DNA of 64,000 nucleotides from Escherichia coli O157:H7 (GTDB lineage Bacteria; Pseudomonadota; Gammaproteobacteria; Enterobacterales; Enterobacteriaceae): NCBI RefSeq assembly GCF_013167455.1, contig NZ_CP038328.1; one strand, 5' to 3'. Shown piece by piece: positions 27,706 to 44,500 of this stretch (position 1 is its first letter; each line of letters starts with the position of its first letter). The notes under the pieces were generated by a model. It saw only the letters and a program-made list of their open reading frames with translations, ran no database searches and was not told where the DNA came from. The position numbers and the translations under genes were made by a program.

Positions 27706-28344
27706 ATGCAGAAAGAACAACTTTCCGCTTTAATGGATGGCGAAACGCTGGATAGTGAGCTGCTTAACGAACTGGCTCATAACCCAGAAATGCAGAAAAC
27801 CTGGGAAAGCTATCACTTAATCCGTGACTCAATGCGGGGTGATACTCCCGAGGTGCTCCATTTCGATATCTCTTCACGCGTGATGGCCGCCATTGAAGAA
27901 GAGCCAGTACGTCAACCGGCGACATTGATCCCGGAAGCCCAGCCTGCGCCGCATGAATGGCAGAAAATGCCATTCTGGCAGAAAGTACGTCCGTGGGCGG
28001 CACAGCTTACCCAAATGGGCGTAGCCGCATGCGTATCGCTTGCAGTTATCGTTGGCGTCCAGCACTATAATGGACAATCTGAAACGTCCCAGCAGCCCGA
28101 AACGCCGGTATTTAATACACTGCCGATGATGGGTAAAGCCAGCCCGGTTAGCCTGGGAGTACCTTCTGAAGCGACCGCAAATAATGGTCAACAGCAGCAG
28201 CGTCGTCGCATTAATGCAATGTTGCAGGATTACGAACTGCAACGCCGACTCCACTCTGAACAGCTTCAGTTTGAGCAGGCGCAAACCCAGCAAGCCGCTG
28301 TACAGGTGCCAGGAATTCAAACTTTAGGAACGCAATCGCAGTAA
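27706..28344 (+). CDS. rseA: Anti-sigmaE factor RseA (212 aa here)
   Basis: ATG 27706, MQKEQLSALMDGETLDSELL...; single TM segment. 212 aa versus the 216 aa I recall for K-12 (see findings). Confidence 0.9.
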   Translation: MQKEQLSALMDGETLDSELLNELAHNPEMQKTWESYHLIRDSMRGDTPEVLHFDISSRVMAAIEEEPVRQPATLIPEAQPAPHEWQKMPFWQKVRPWAAQLTQMGVAACVSLAVIVGVQHYNGQSETSQQPETPVFNTLPMMGKASPVSLGVPSEATANNGQQQQRRRINAMLQDYELQRRLHSEQLQFEQAQTQQAAVQVPGIQTLGTQSQ

Positions 28345-29300
28345 TGAAGCAACTTTGGTTTGCCATGTCATTAGTGACAGGTAGCCTGTTATTCTCTGCT
28401 AACGCCTCGGCCACTCCCGCGTCCGGGGCGTTATTACAGCAGATGAACCTGGCCAGTCAGTCACTGAATTACGAGCTGTCATTCATCAGCATCAATAAAC
28501 AGGGTGTTGAGTCTCTGCGTTATCGACATGCACGCCTCGATAACCGTCCTCTTGCACAATTGTTGCAAATGGATGGCCCGCGCCGGGAAGTGGTACAGCG
28601 CGGCAATGAAATCAGCTATTTTGAACCGGGACTTGAACCGTTCACGCTTAATGGCGATTACATTGTTGATTCTCTGCCATCGCTCATCTATACCGATTTC
28701 AAACGCCTTTCTCCTTACTACGACTTTATCTCCGTCGGGCGCACGCGTATTGCTGATCGTCTTTGCGAAGTCATTCGCGTGGTTGCCCGAGATGGTACAC
28801 GCTACAGCTACATCGTGTGGATGGACACCGAATCGAAATTACCGATGCGGGTTGATCTTCTTGATCGCGATGGTGAAACGCTGGAACAATTTCGCGTGAT
28901 TGCTTTTAACGTCAATCAGGATATCAGCAGCAGTATGCAGACGCTGGCGAAGGCAAATTTGCCGCCGTTGCTTTCTGTTCCTGTAGGTGAAAAAGCTAAA
29001 TTCAGCTGGACGCCAACCTGGTTGCCACAGGGTTTTAGCGAAGTTTCCAGTAGTCGACGTCCGCTACCGACGATGGACAACATGCCTATCGAATCACGTC
29101 TCTATTCCGACGGATTATTCAGCTTCTCGGTAAACGTTAACCGCGCTACGCCATCGAGCACCGATCAGATGTTGCGCACCGGACGCAGAACCGTCAGTAC
29201 AAGCGTACGTGATAACGCCGAAATCACCATTGTCGGTGAACTGCCGCCGCAAACGGCGAAACGCATTGCCGAGAATATTAAGTTCGGGGCAGCGCAATGA
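28344..29300 (+). CDS. rseB: SigmaE regulatory protein RseB (periplasmic)
   Basis: 318 aa with signal peptide; start overlaps the rseA stop (TAATG). Confidence 0.95.
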   Translation: MKQLWFAMSLVTGSLLFSANASATPASGALLQQMNLASQSLNYELSFISINKQGVESLRYRHARLDNRPLAQLLQMDGPRREVVQRGNEISYFEPGLEPFTLNGDYIVDSLPSLIYTDFKRLSPYYDFISVGRTRIADRLCEVIRVVARDGTRYSYIVWMDTESKLPMRVDLLDRDGETLEQFRVIAFNVNQDISSSMQTLAKANLPPLLSVPVGEKAKFSWTPTWLPQGFSEVSSSRRPLPTMDNMPIESRLYSDGLFSFSVNVNRATPSSTDQMLRTGRRTVSTSVRDNAEITIVGELPPQTAKRIAENIKFGAAQ

Positions 29301-29776
29301 TCAAAGAGTGGGCTACCGTCGTCTCCTGGCAAAACGGGCAGGCGCTGGTCAGTTGTGATGTTAAAGCCTCATGCAGCAGCTGCGCTTCACGCGCCGGTTG
29401 CGGTAGCCGCGTGTTGAATAAACTTGGCCCGCAAACCACGCATACCATTGTCGTACCCTGTGATGAGCCGTTAGTGCCGGGGCAAAAAGTGGAATTGGGG
29501 ATCGCCGAAGGCAGCCTGCTTAGCTCCGCATTACTGGTTTATATGTCGCCGCTGGTGGGATTATTCCTCATCGCTTCGCTATTTCAGCTACTCTTTGCTT
29601 CTGACGTCGCAGCATTATGTGGTGCGGTCCTCGGCGGTATTGGCGGGTTCCTGATTGCGCGTGGCTACTCGCGTAAGTTTGCTGCCCGGGCAGAATGGCA
29701 ACCGATCATCTTAAGCGTGGCATTGCCGCCTGGCCTTGTGCGATTTGAAACATCTTCGGAAGACGCGAGCCAGTGA
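29297..29776 (+). CDS. rseC: SigmaE regulatory protein RseC (membrane protein)
   Basis: 159 aa; ATGA overlap with rseB; two hydrophobic segments. Confidence 0.9.
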   Translation: MIKEWATVVSWQNGQALVSCDVKASCSSCASRAGCGSRVLNKLGPQTTHTIVVPCDEPLVPGQKVELGIAEGSLLSSALLVYMSPLVGLFLIASLFQLLFASDVAALCGAVLGGIGGFLIARGYSRKFAARAEWQPIILSVALPPGLVRFETSSEDASQ

Positions 29777-29973
29777 TTTCACTGGCTTTGTTGCATTTTG
29801 CATAACAAATGCGAGGACGTTTCCAGATACCACAATCCATACGGTATGAACATTTCCTCGCCTCAATGTTGTAGTGTAGAATGCGGCGTTTCTATTAATA
29901 CAGACGTTAAGCTCAGAACAGCGACTTCTAAAAGCCTGGTTAACCGGGCATTAAGGCACAATAATCATACTTT

Positions 29974-31773
<1,800 letters not shown>

Positions 31774-31788
31774 CCCTTAGGAGTTGGC

Positions 31789-32763
31789 ATGGCGAATATG
31801 TTTGCCCTGATTCTGGTGATTGCCACACTGGTGACGGGCATTTTATGGTGCGTGGATAAATTCTTTTTCGCACCTAAACGGCGGGAACGTCAGGCAGCGG
31901 CGCAGGCGGCTGCCGGTGACTCACTGGATAAAGCAACGTTGAAAAAGGTTGCGCCGAAGCCTGGCTGGCTGGAAACCGGTGCTTCTGTTTTTCCGGTACT
32001 GGCTATCGTATTGATTGTGCGTTCGTTTATTTATGAACCGTTCCAGATTCCGTCAGGTTCGATGATGCCGACTCTGTTAATCGGTGATTTTATTCTGGTA
32101 GAGAAGTTTGCTTATGGCATTAAAGATCCTATCTACCAGAAAACGCTGATCGAAACCGGTCATCCGAAACGCGGCGATATCGTGGTCTTTAAATATCCGG
32201 AAGATCCAAAGCTTGATTATATCAAGCGCGCGGTGGGTTTACCGGGCGATAAAGTCACTTACGATCCGGTCTCAAAAGAGCTGACGATTCAACCGGGATG
32301 CAGTTCCGGCCAGGCGTGTGAAAACGCGCTGCCGGTCACCTACTCAAACGTGGAACCGAGCGATTTCGTTCAGACCTTCTCACGCCGTAATGGTGGGGAA
32401 GCGACCAGCGGATTCTTTGAAGTGCCGAAAAACGAAACCAAAGAAAATGGAATTCGTCTTTCCGAGCGTAAAGAGACACTGGGTGATGTGACGCACCGCA
32501 TTCTGACAGTGCCGATTGCGCAGGATCAGGTGGGGATGTATTACCAGCAGCCAGGGCAACAACTGGCAACCTGGATTGTTCCTCCGGGACAATACTTCAT
32601 GATGGGCGACAACCGCGACAACAGCGCGGACAGCCGTTACTGGGGCTTTGTGCCTGAAGCGAATCTGGTCGGTCGGGCAACGGCTATCTGGATGAGCTTC
32701 GATAAGCAAGAAGGCGAATGGCCGACAGGTGTGCGCTTAAGTCGCATTGGCGGCATCCATTAA
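31789..32763 (+). CDS. lepB: Signal peptidase I
   Basis: 324 aa; two N-terminal TM segments; catalytic-region motifs GSMMPTL and GDNRDNSADSRYWGFV. Confidence 0.97.
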   Translation: MANMFALILVIATLVTGILWCVDKFFFAPKRRERQAAAQAAAGDSLDKATLKKVAPKPGWLETGASVFPVLAIVLIVRSFIYEPFQIPSGSMMPTLLIGDFILVEKFAYGIKDPIYQKTLIETGHPKRGDIVVFKYPEDPKLDYIKRAVGLPGDKVTYDPVSKELTIQPGCSSGQACENALPVTYSNVEPSDFVQTFSRRNGGEATSGFFEVPKNETKENGIRLSERKETLGDVTHRILTVPIAQDQVGMYYQQPGQQLATWIVPPGQYFMMGDNRDNSADSRYWGFVPEANLVGRATAIWMSFDKQEGEWPTGVRLSRIGGIH

Positions 32764-32778
32764 TAGCTCATCTTCGTT

Positions 32779-32807
32779 CACGTTGTCGCCGTTATGGCGA
32801 CAACGTG
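32779..32807 (+). promoter_or_regulatory. Perfect 12-bp-stem palindrome between lepB and rnc (terminator/attenuator or RNase III processing stem)
   Basis: cacgttgtcgcc-gttat-ggcgacaacgtg immediately after the lepB stop. Confidence 0.5.
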
Positions 32808-33005
32808 AATTATTTATGAGATAAATCTCCCGTGGCTAACGACATCCCCCGTCGTTGTGTATAGAATATTCCCCCGAAGTTTAAGGTTGGCACCTCCAGG
32901 TTGCCACGGCACACGAAACAGCGTTGGTCCCCATATACCGCTAAACTGAAACTGCAGCGAAGCAGTTAGCAGAGCCATGTATATCAGGTCTGTTTCGTGT
33001 GCTGA

Positions 33006-34618
<1,613 letters not shown>

Positions 34619-34629
34619 GAGTAACTCCG

Positions 34630-35358
34630 ATGGAAGGCTGGCAGCGCGCATTTGTCCTGCATAGTCGCCCGTGGAGCGAAACCAGCCTGATGCTGGACGT
34701 CTTCACGGAGGAATCGGGTCGCGTGCGTCTGGTTGCCAAAGGCGCACGCTCTAAACGCTCTACCCTGAAAGGTGCATTACAGCCTTTCACCCCTCTCTTG
34801 CTACGTTTTGGCGGGCGTGGCGAAGTCAAAACGCTGCGCAGTGCTGAAGCTGTCTCGCTGGCGCTGCCATTAAGCGGTATCACGCTTTACAGCGGTCTGT
34901 ACATCAACGAACTTCTCTCCCGCGTACTGGAATACGAGACGCGCTTCTCTGAACTCTTTTTCGATTACTTGCACTGCATTCAGTCTCTTGCAGGGGTCAC
35001 TGGTACGCCAGAACCCGCGCTGCGCCGCTTTGAACTGGCACTGCTCGGGCATCTGGGTTATGGCGTCAATTTTACCCATTGTGCGGGTAGCGGCGAGCCG
35101 GTAGATGACACCATGACGTATCGTTATCGCGAAGAAAAAGGGTTTATCGCAAGCGTCGTTATCGACAATAAAACGTTCACCGGAAGGCAGTTAAAAGCGT
35201 TAAACGCACGGGAATTTCCTGACGCAGACACACTGCGCGCCGCGAAACGCTTTACCCGCATGGCGCTTAAGCCGTATCTTGGCGGTAAACCTTTAAAGAG
35301 CAGGGAACTGTTCCGGCAATTTATGCCTAAGCGAACGGTGAAAACACATTATGAATGA
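34630..35358 (+). CDS. recO: DNA repair protein RecO
   Basis: 242 aa, [39 protein letters not shown]... Confidence 0.95.
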   Translation: MEGWQRAFVLHSRPWSETSLMLDVFTEESGRVRLVAKGARSKRSTLKGALQPFTPLLLRFGGRGEVKTLRSAEAVSLALPLSGITLYSGLYINELLSRVLEYETRFSELFFDYLHCIQSLAGVTGTPEPALRRFELALLGHLGYGVNFTHCAGSGEPVDDTMTYRYREEKGFIASVVIDNKTFTGRQLKALNAREFPDADTLRAAKRFTRMALKPYLGGKPLKSRELFRQFMPKRTVKTHYE

Positions 35359-35369
35359 TGAGGATTGTC

Positions 35370-36101
35370 ATGGCTGAATTACTGTTAGGCGTCAACATTG
35401 ACCATATCGCTACGCTGCGCAACGCGCGCGGTACCGCTTACCCGGATCCGGTGCAGGCCGCGTTTATTGCCGAGCAGGCGGGGGCGGACGGCATTACCGT
35501 GCATTTACGTGAAGATCGCCGCCACATTACTGACCGCGATGTGCGCATCCTGCGTCAGACGCTGGATACCCGCATGAATCTGGAGATGGCGGTGACCGAA
35601 GAGATGCTGGCGATCGCGGTTGAGACGAAGCCGCATTTTTGCTGCCTGGTACCAGAAAAGCGTCAGGAAGTAACAACCGAAGGCGGCCTGGACGTTGCAG
35701 GGCAGCGTGACAAAATGCGCGATGCCTGCAAACGTCTGGCGGATGCCGGGATTCAGGTTTCTCTGTTTATCGACGCCGATGAAGAGCAGATCAAAGCTGC
35801 GGCAGAGGTTGGCGCACCGTTTATCGAGATCCACACCGGTTGCTATGCTGATGCCAAAACTGACGCCGAACAGGCGCAAGAGCTGGCGCGTATCGCCAAA
35901 GCCGCGACCTTTGCCGCTAGTCTCGGTTTGAAAGTTAACGCCGGACACGGTCTGACCTATCACAACGTAAAAGCCATTGCCGCCATCCCTGAGATGCACG
36001 AACTGAATATCGGTCATGCCATTATTGGTCGTGCAGTGATGACCGGACTGAAAGATGCGGTGGCAGAAATGAAGCGCCTGATGCTGGAAGCGCGTGGCTA
36101 A
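35370..36101 (+). CDS. pdxJ: Pyridoxine 5'-phosphate synthase
   Basis: 243 aa from ATG 35370 ([21 protein letters not shown]...). Confidence 0.95.
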
Positions 36102-36481
36102 TGGCAATATTAGGTTTAGGCACGGATATCGTAGAGATCGCTCGCATAGAAGCAGTGATCGCCCGATCCGGTGAGCGCCTGGCACGCCGCGTATTAAGCG
36201 ATAACGAATGGGAAATTTGGAAAACGCACCACCAGCCGGTGCGTTTTCTGGCGAAACGCTTTGCCGTAAAAGAAGCCGCAGCAAAAGCGTTTGGCACCGG
36301 GATCCGCAATGGTCTGGCGTTTAATCAGTTTGAAGTATTTAACGATGAGCTTGGTAAGCCACGGCTGCGACTGTGGGGCGAGGCATTAAAACTGGCGGAA
36401 AAGCTGGGCGTTGCAAATATGCATGTGACGCTGGCCGATGAGCGCCACTATGCTTGTGCCACGGTAATTATTGAAAGTTAA
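36101..36481 (+). CDS. acpS: Holo-[acyl-carrier-protein] synthase
   Basis: 126 aa, [17 protein letters not shown]...; start overlaps the pdxJ stop (TAATG). Confidence 0.95.
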
Positions 36482-36507
36482 AAATAATACCGTTCTCTTT
36501 ATAAAGT

Positions 36508-36546
36508 AAAACCCCCGAACTGGTAAGGAACGGGGGTTTTACTTTT
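36508..36546 (+). terminator. Rho-independent terminator of the rnc-era-recO-pdxJ-acpS transcript
   Basis: aaaacccccg...cgggggtttt hairpin followed by a T-run. Confidence 0.65.
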
Positions 36547-36902
36547 TAACTTTAATTTTGTGCAGCACACGATTCCAACGAAAATGATTATGGATCAATT
36601 TCGTTGACCTGTACAAGCAACTTGCAATCTCTGACATAAAAAACGCGAGCCTTTACGAAGAAATCGACATTGATGAAAAGATTAACGTGACCGCTTTTTG
36701 ATAAGTACATTAAAATCGGTTTCGTTATTGGCAATTTTGCTGTGCTTTACACCATGCCACTGAATTCCCCCATTGAAACGAGTGGTGTCGTCAAAGCTCT
36801 GGTGTGGAGTGCAGCACTCGATTCCAATAACTCGCACGTTCAGTTTTGGGGAGATGTAAGGGCTAATCTGAACGGCTGCATTCCTTGTTTAAGGAAAAAC
36901 GA

Positions 36903-36983
36903 ATGACTGATTGCCGATACCTGATTAAACGGGTCATCAAAATCATCATTGCTGTTTTACAGCTGATCCTTCTGTTCTTATAA
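36903..36983 (+). CDS. shoB: Type I toxin ShoB, 26-aa hydrophobic peptide
   Basis: aagga RBS then ATG 36903; translates MTDCRYLIKRVIKIIIAVLQLILLFL, stop TAA 36981..36983. Not in the ORF track. Confidence 0.85.
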   Translation: MTDCRYLIKRVIKIIIAVLQLILLFL

Positions 36984-37176
36984 CACAAGGAAACGTACTT
37001 AAGGTGCGTCCGGTGAACCAATCGGACGCGCCTTTAATAACTATAAATAAGTGTCTGGGCAGATACTATATAAATTAACTTAGTGAATTATTATGCTAAT
37101 GTCATCAATTAAATAAATATAATGGCGTTAAGGCTTCCCAGTAAAATAATTAATACTCTACTTCCAGAGTAGAATA

Positions 37177-37473
<297 letters not shown>

Positions 37474-37492
37474 TTATACGCGCATTCTTTAC

Positions 37493-38341
37493 TCAGACCA
37501 GTTTTTTCACCAGCGCTTCACTATGACGAATACGTTCTGGTGCCAGTTCCAGATCCTGCTGAATCAGCGCAATGAACAGCAAATCCGTTAACATTCCCTG
37601 CGCGTGACAAGCAGAGATTGAAGCACTGTTTGTCGCTTGTTCTTCGGCAATGGTATACAGGCAATGAGAAGCACGCTGTTGCAGGGCATTGGGAGTAAAG
37701 CCGGTAATCGCCAGCACTTTTCCGCCCACTCGCAGCATCTCATCTGCCGCCAGGTTTAACTCGCGTCGTACACCGGTGTAAGAAATGGCTAATAACAGAT
37801 CGTCAGGGGACGACGCCTGTACGGTAGCGAGTAGCGCATGCATATCGCGCACTGCGGCAGCATTGAAGCCAATCTTCATCAGCTTCCAGGCAAAGTTTTG
37901 CGCCACCAGACCCGAAGCGCCAATACCGGTCAGAATTATCCGCCGCGCAGAGCGCAACATTGTTACGCATTCATGCAGTTTCTCTTCACTATTAACGTTT
38001 AGCGTTGCGTACATAGCGGCAGTATTTTCTTTAATCAGTTTTTCGCCGACCAGCCGTAACGGATCATCACCGCGGATTTGGTTATGAATGGGCACTGAGG
38101 GCGATTCCGGCTGGCTTGCCAGCGCTTCACTCAACGCCAACTTAAGCGCCGGAAAACCTTTATAGCCGAGTTTTTGCGCGAACTTCACGACGCTGGACTG
38201 ACTGACTCCGGCTTCGTTGGCCAGTTGCTGAGAGCTTAAATGGCGCGCCGTATCAGGTTGTAGCAGCAGATAATCCGCCAGTTTTTTATCACTCTGGGCA
38301 AGCCCCTGGTAACGCTGACGGATACGAAGTAAGCCGTTCAT
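37493..38341 (-). CDS. yfhH: RpiR/MurR-family transcriptional regulator (HTH + SIS domain)
   Basis: 282 aa from ATG 38339..38341 (MNGLLRIRQRYQGLAQSDKKLADYLL...). Confidence 0.8.
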   Translation of the reverse strand: MNGLLRIRQRYQGLAQSDKKLADYLLLQPDTARHLSSQQLANEAGVSQSSVVKFAQKLGYKGFPALKLALSEALASQPESPSVPIHNQIRGDDPLRLVGEKLIKENTAAMYATLNVNSEEKLHECVTMLRSARRIILTGIGASGLVAQNFAWKLMKIGFNAAAVRDMHALLATVQASSPDDLLLAISYTGVRRELNLAADEMLRVGGKVLAITGFTPNALQQRASHCLYTIAEEQATNSASISACHAQGMLTDLLFIALIQQDLELAPERIRHSEALVKKLV

Positions 38342-38549
38342 ATCTTTCCTCGCGATGAAATAGTGGCGACAACAGGCAATATGAGACACACGCGAGTGAA
38401 TTTTATATTCCATTGCCGCTAATTGCCATGAATTAAAAATTCCAGTTAGCCATGATGCGGTCGATTGTTGCCGGAAAAGTGATGATCTATCTGTTAGGCT
38501 ATGTAGTAGCGAAAATTAATCAGGATGTTTCAGTCCAGAGGAGTATGGT

Positions 38550-39185
38550 TTGGCAACTCACGAGCGTCGTGTGGTGTTTTTTGACTTAGATGGAACATTG
38601 CATCAGCAGGATATGTTCGGCAGTTTTCTGCGCTATTTACTGCGTCGCCAACCGCTGAATGCGTTACTTGTCCTGCCGTTGTTGCCGATTATAGCCATTG
38701 CGTTATTGATAAAAGGTCGTGCGGCACGCTGGCCGATGAGTCTGCTTCTGTGGGGATGCACCTTTGGTCACAGCGAAGCACGTTTACAGGCGTTGCAGGC
38801 CGATTTCGTACGCTGGTTTCGTGACAATGTTACCGCCTTTCCGCTGGTTCAGGAGCGATTAACCACCTACCTGTTAAGTTCCGATGCTGATATCTGGTTG
38901 ATTACCGGTTCTCCACAGCCGCTGGTTGAAGCGGTCTATTTCGATACACCCTGGCTGCCGCGGGTGAATCTTATCGCCAGCCAAATTCAGCGTGGCTATG
39001 GTGGTTGGGTATTGACGATGCGTTGCCTCGGGCATGAAAAGGTCGCGCAACTGGAGCGCAAAATCGGCACGCCGCTGCGGCTGTACAGTGGCTATAGCGA
39101 CAGTAATCAGGACAACCCGCTGCTTTACTTTTGCCAGCATCGCTGGCGAGTAACCCCGCGCGGTGAACTCCAGCAACTGGAATAG
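38550..39185 (+). CDS. pgpC: Phosphatidylglycerophosphatase C (HAD-like)
   Basis: 211 aa; first codon TTG (MATHERRVVFFDLDGTL...), HAD motif I DLDGT. Confidence 0.85.
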   Translation: MATHERRVVFFDLDGTLHQQDMFGSFLRYLLRRQPLNALLVLPLLPIIAIALLIKGRAARWPMSLLLWGCTFGHSEARLQALQADFVRWFRDNVTAFPLVQERLTTYLLSSDADIWLITGSPQPLVEAVYFDTPWLPRVNLIASQIQRGYGGWVLTMRCLGHEKVAQLERKIGTPLRLYSGYSDSNQDNPLLYFCQHRWRVTPRGELQQLE

Positions 39186-39197
39186 AGTAAAGCATAG

Positions 39198-41299
<2,102 letters not shown>

Positions 41300-41464
41300 T
41301 TAGTTAATTCTCTGTGTCGTGCGCGTCCCAGCTTGAAAAAATGTAATAATAGTGAAAGGTTTACTCATAAATGAGCGGCATTTTGCGTAAACCTGCGCCA
41401 GATGGCAACTTATTACAGCCATTGGCGGCACGCGTTGCTAATTCACGATGGTGATTTTATTTCC

Positions 41465-41480
41465 ACGCAAACGGTTTCGT
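41465..41480 (+). promoter_or_regulatory. PurR operator (PUR box) upstream of purL
   Basis: acgcaaacggtttcgt, a near-perfect palindromic PUR-box consensus, about 75 nt upstream of the purL ATG. Confidence 0.6.
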
Positions 41481-41555
41481 CAGCGCATCAGATTCTTTAT
41501 AATGACGCCCGTTTCCCCCCTTGGGTACACCGAAAGCTTAGAAGACGAGAGACTT

Positions 41556-44500
41556 ATGATGGAAATTCTGCGTGGTTCGCCTGCACTGTCGGCATTCCGA
41601 ATCAACAAACTGCTGGCACGTTTTCAGGCTGCCAGGCTCCCGGTTCACAATATTTACGCCGAGTATGTCCATTTTGCTGACCTCAATGCGCCGTTAAACG
41701 ATGATGAGCACGCACAACTTGAACGCCTGCTGAAATATGGCCCGGCACTCGCCAGCCACGCCCCGCAAGGCAAACTCCTGCTGGTGACCCCGCGTCCTGG
41801 CACCATCTCTCCCTGGTCTTCGAAAGCGACCGATATTGCTCATAACTGCGGGCTACAACAGGTAAACCGCCTTGAGCGCGGCGTTGCTTACTATATAGAA
41901 GCCGGTACGCTGACCAATGAACAATGGCAGCAGGTTACCGCTGAACTGCACGACCGCATGATGGAAACGGTCTTTTTTGCTTTAGATGATGCAGAGCAGT
42001 TGTTTGCCCACCATCAACCGACTCCGGTTACCAGCGTTGATTTGCTGGGGCAGGGCCGTCAGGCGCTGATCGACGCTAACCTGCGTCTTGGCCTGGCTCT
42101 GGCGGAAGATGAAATTGACTATCTGCAGGATGCTTTCACAAAGCTTGGTCGTAACCCGAACGACATCGAGCTGTATATGTTCGCTCAGGCGAACTCTGAG
42201 CACTGCCGCCACAAAATTTTTAATGCCGACTGGATTATCGACGGTGAACAGCAGCCGAAATCGCTGTTCAAGATGATCAAAAATACTTTCGAAACCACGC
42301 CAGATCACGTTCTCTCTGCTTATAAAGATAACGCCGCCGTAATGGAAGGTTCTGAAGTGGGCCGCTACTTTGCTGACCACGAAACGGGCCGCTACGATTT
42401 CCATCAGGAACCGGCGCATATTCTGATGAAAGTCGAAACTCACAACCACCCGACGGCGATTTCTCCGTGGCCGGGCGCGGCGACCGGTTCCGGCGGTGAA
42501 ATCCGCGATGAAGGTGCCACCGGGCGCGGCGCGAAGCCGAAAGCGGGTTTGGTTGGTTTCTCCGTTTCCAACCTGCGAATTCCTGGCTTCGAACAGCCGT
42601 GGGAAGAAGATTTCGGTAAGCCTGAGCGCATTGTCACCGCGCTGGACATCATGACCGAAGGCCCGCTGGGCGGCGCGGCGTTTAACAACGAATTTGGTCG
42701 TCCGGCACTGAATGGCTACTTCCGTACTTATGAAGAAAAAGTGAACAGCCACAACGGCGAAGAGCTGCGCGGTTATCACAAACCGATCATGCTGGCGGGC
42801 GGGATCGGCAACATTCGCGCCGATCACGTACAAAAAGGCGAGATCAACGTCGGTGCGAAACTGGTCGTTCTCGGCGGCCCGGCAATGAACATCGGTCTTG
42901 GCGGCGGAGCGGCGTCTTCCATGGCGTCAGGTCAGTCTGATGCCGACCTCGACTTTGCTTCCGTACAGCGCGACAACCCGGAGATGGAGCGTCGCTGCCA
43001 GGAAGTGATCGACCGTTGCTGGCAGCTTGGTGATGCCAACCCAATCCTGTTTATCCACGACGTCGGCGCTGGCGGTCTTTCTAACGCGATGCCGGAACTG
43101 GTGAGCGACGGCGGGCGCGGCGGTAAATTTGAACTGCGCGATATTCTAAGCGACGAACCGGGCATGAGCCCGCTGGAAATCTGGTGTAACGAATCCCAGG
43201 AACGCTACGTGCTGGCGGTTGCTGCCGATCAATTACCGCTGTTTGACGAACTGTGTAAGCGTGAGCGCGCACCCTACGCGGTGATTGGTGAAGCGACCGA
43301 AGAACTGCATCTTTCTCTGCACGATCGTCATTTTGATAATCAGCCGATCGATCTGCCGCTGGACGTCCTGCTTGGTAAAACGCCGAAGATGACCCGCGAT
43401 GTACAAACGCTGAAAGCGAAGGGCGATGCGCTGGTCCGTGAAGGGATCACCATTGCAGACGCGGTGAAACGCGTACTGCATCTGCCGACCGTGGCGGAGA
43501 AAACTTTCCTGGTGACCATCGGTGACCGCAGCGTAACCGGCATGGTGGCGCGCGATCAGATGGTGGGGCCGTGGCAGGTGCCGGTCGCTAACTGCGCGGT
43601 CACTACCGCCAGCCTCGACAGCTACTACGGTGAAGCGATGGCGATTGGCGAGCGTGCGCCGGTTGCGCTGCTGGATTTCGCCGCCTCTGCCCGTCTGGCG
43701 GTCGGTGAAGCGTTAACCAATATTGCCGCAACACAGATTGGCGATATCAAACGCATTAAACTTTCCGCCAACTGGATGGCGGCGGCAGGCCACCCTGGTG
43801 AAGATGCGGGCCTGTATGAAGCCGTTAAAGCCGTGGGCGAAGAGCTTTGTCCGGCGCTGGGCCTGACGATCCCGGTGGGTAAAGACTCTATGTCGATGAA
43901 AACCCGCTGGCAGGAAGGTAACGAAGAGCGCGAAATGACGTCGCCGCTGTCGCTGGTGATTTCTGCATTTGCCCGCGTGGAAGATGTACGTCACACCATC
44001 ACGCCGCAGCTTTCTACCGAAGATAACGCACTGCTGCTGATTGATTTGGGCAAAGGCAATAACGCGCTGGGCGCAACGGCGCTGGCGCAGGTTTATCGTC
44101 AGCTTGGCGACAAACCGGCAGATGTACGCGATGTCGCGCAACTGAAAGGCTTCTATGACGCGATTCAGGCGCTGGTTGCACAGCGTAAGTTGCTGGCGTA
44201 TCACGACCGCTCTGATGGCGGTCTGCTGGTAACGCTGGCGGAAATGGCCTTTGCTGGTCATTGCGGCATTGACGCGGATATCGCCACTCTGGGTGACGAT
44301 CGCCTGGCGGCGTTGTTTAACGAAGAACTGGGTGCGGTCATTCAGGTTCGTGCCGCTGACCGTGAAGCGGTCGAGTCCGTACTGGCACAGCATGGGCTTG
44401 CTGATTGCGTCCATTATGTTGGGCAGGCGGTTTCCGGTGACCGTTTTGTGATTACCGCCAACGGGCAGACTGTATTCAGCGAAAGCCGCACTACGTTGCG

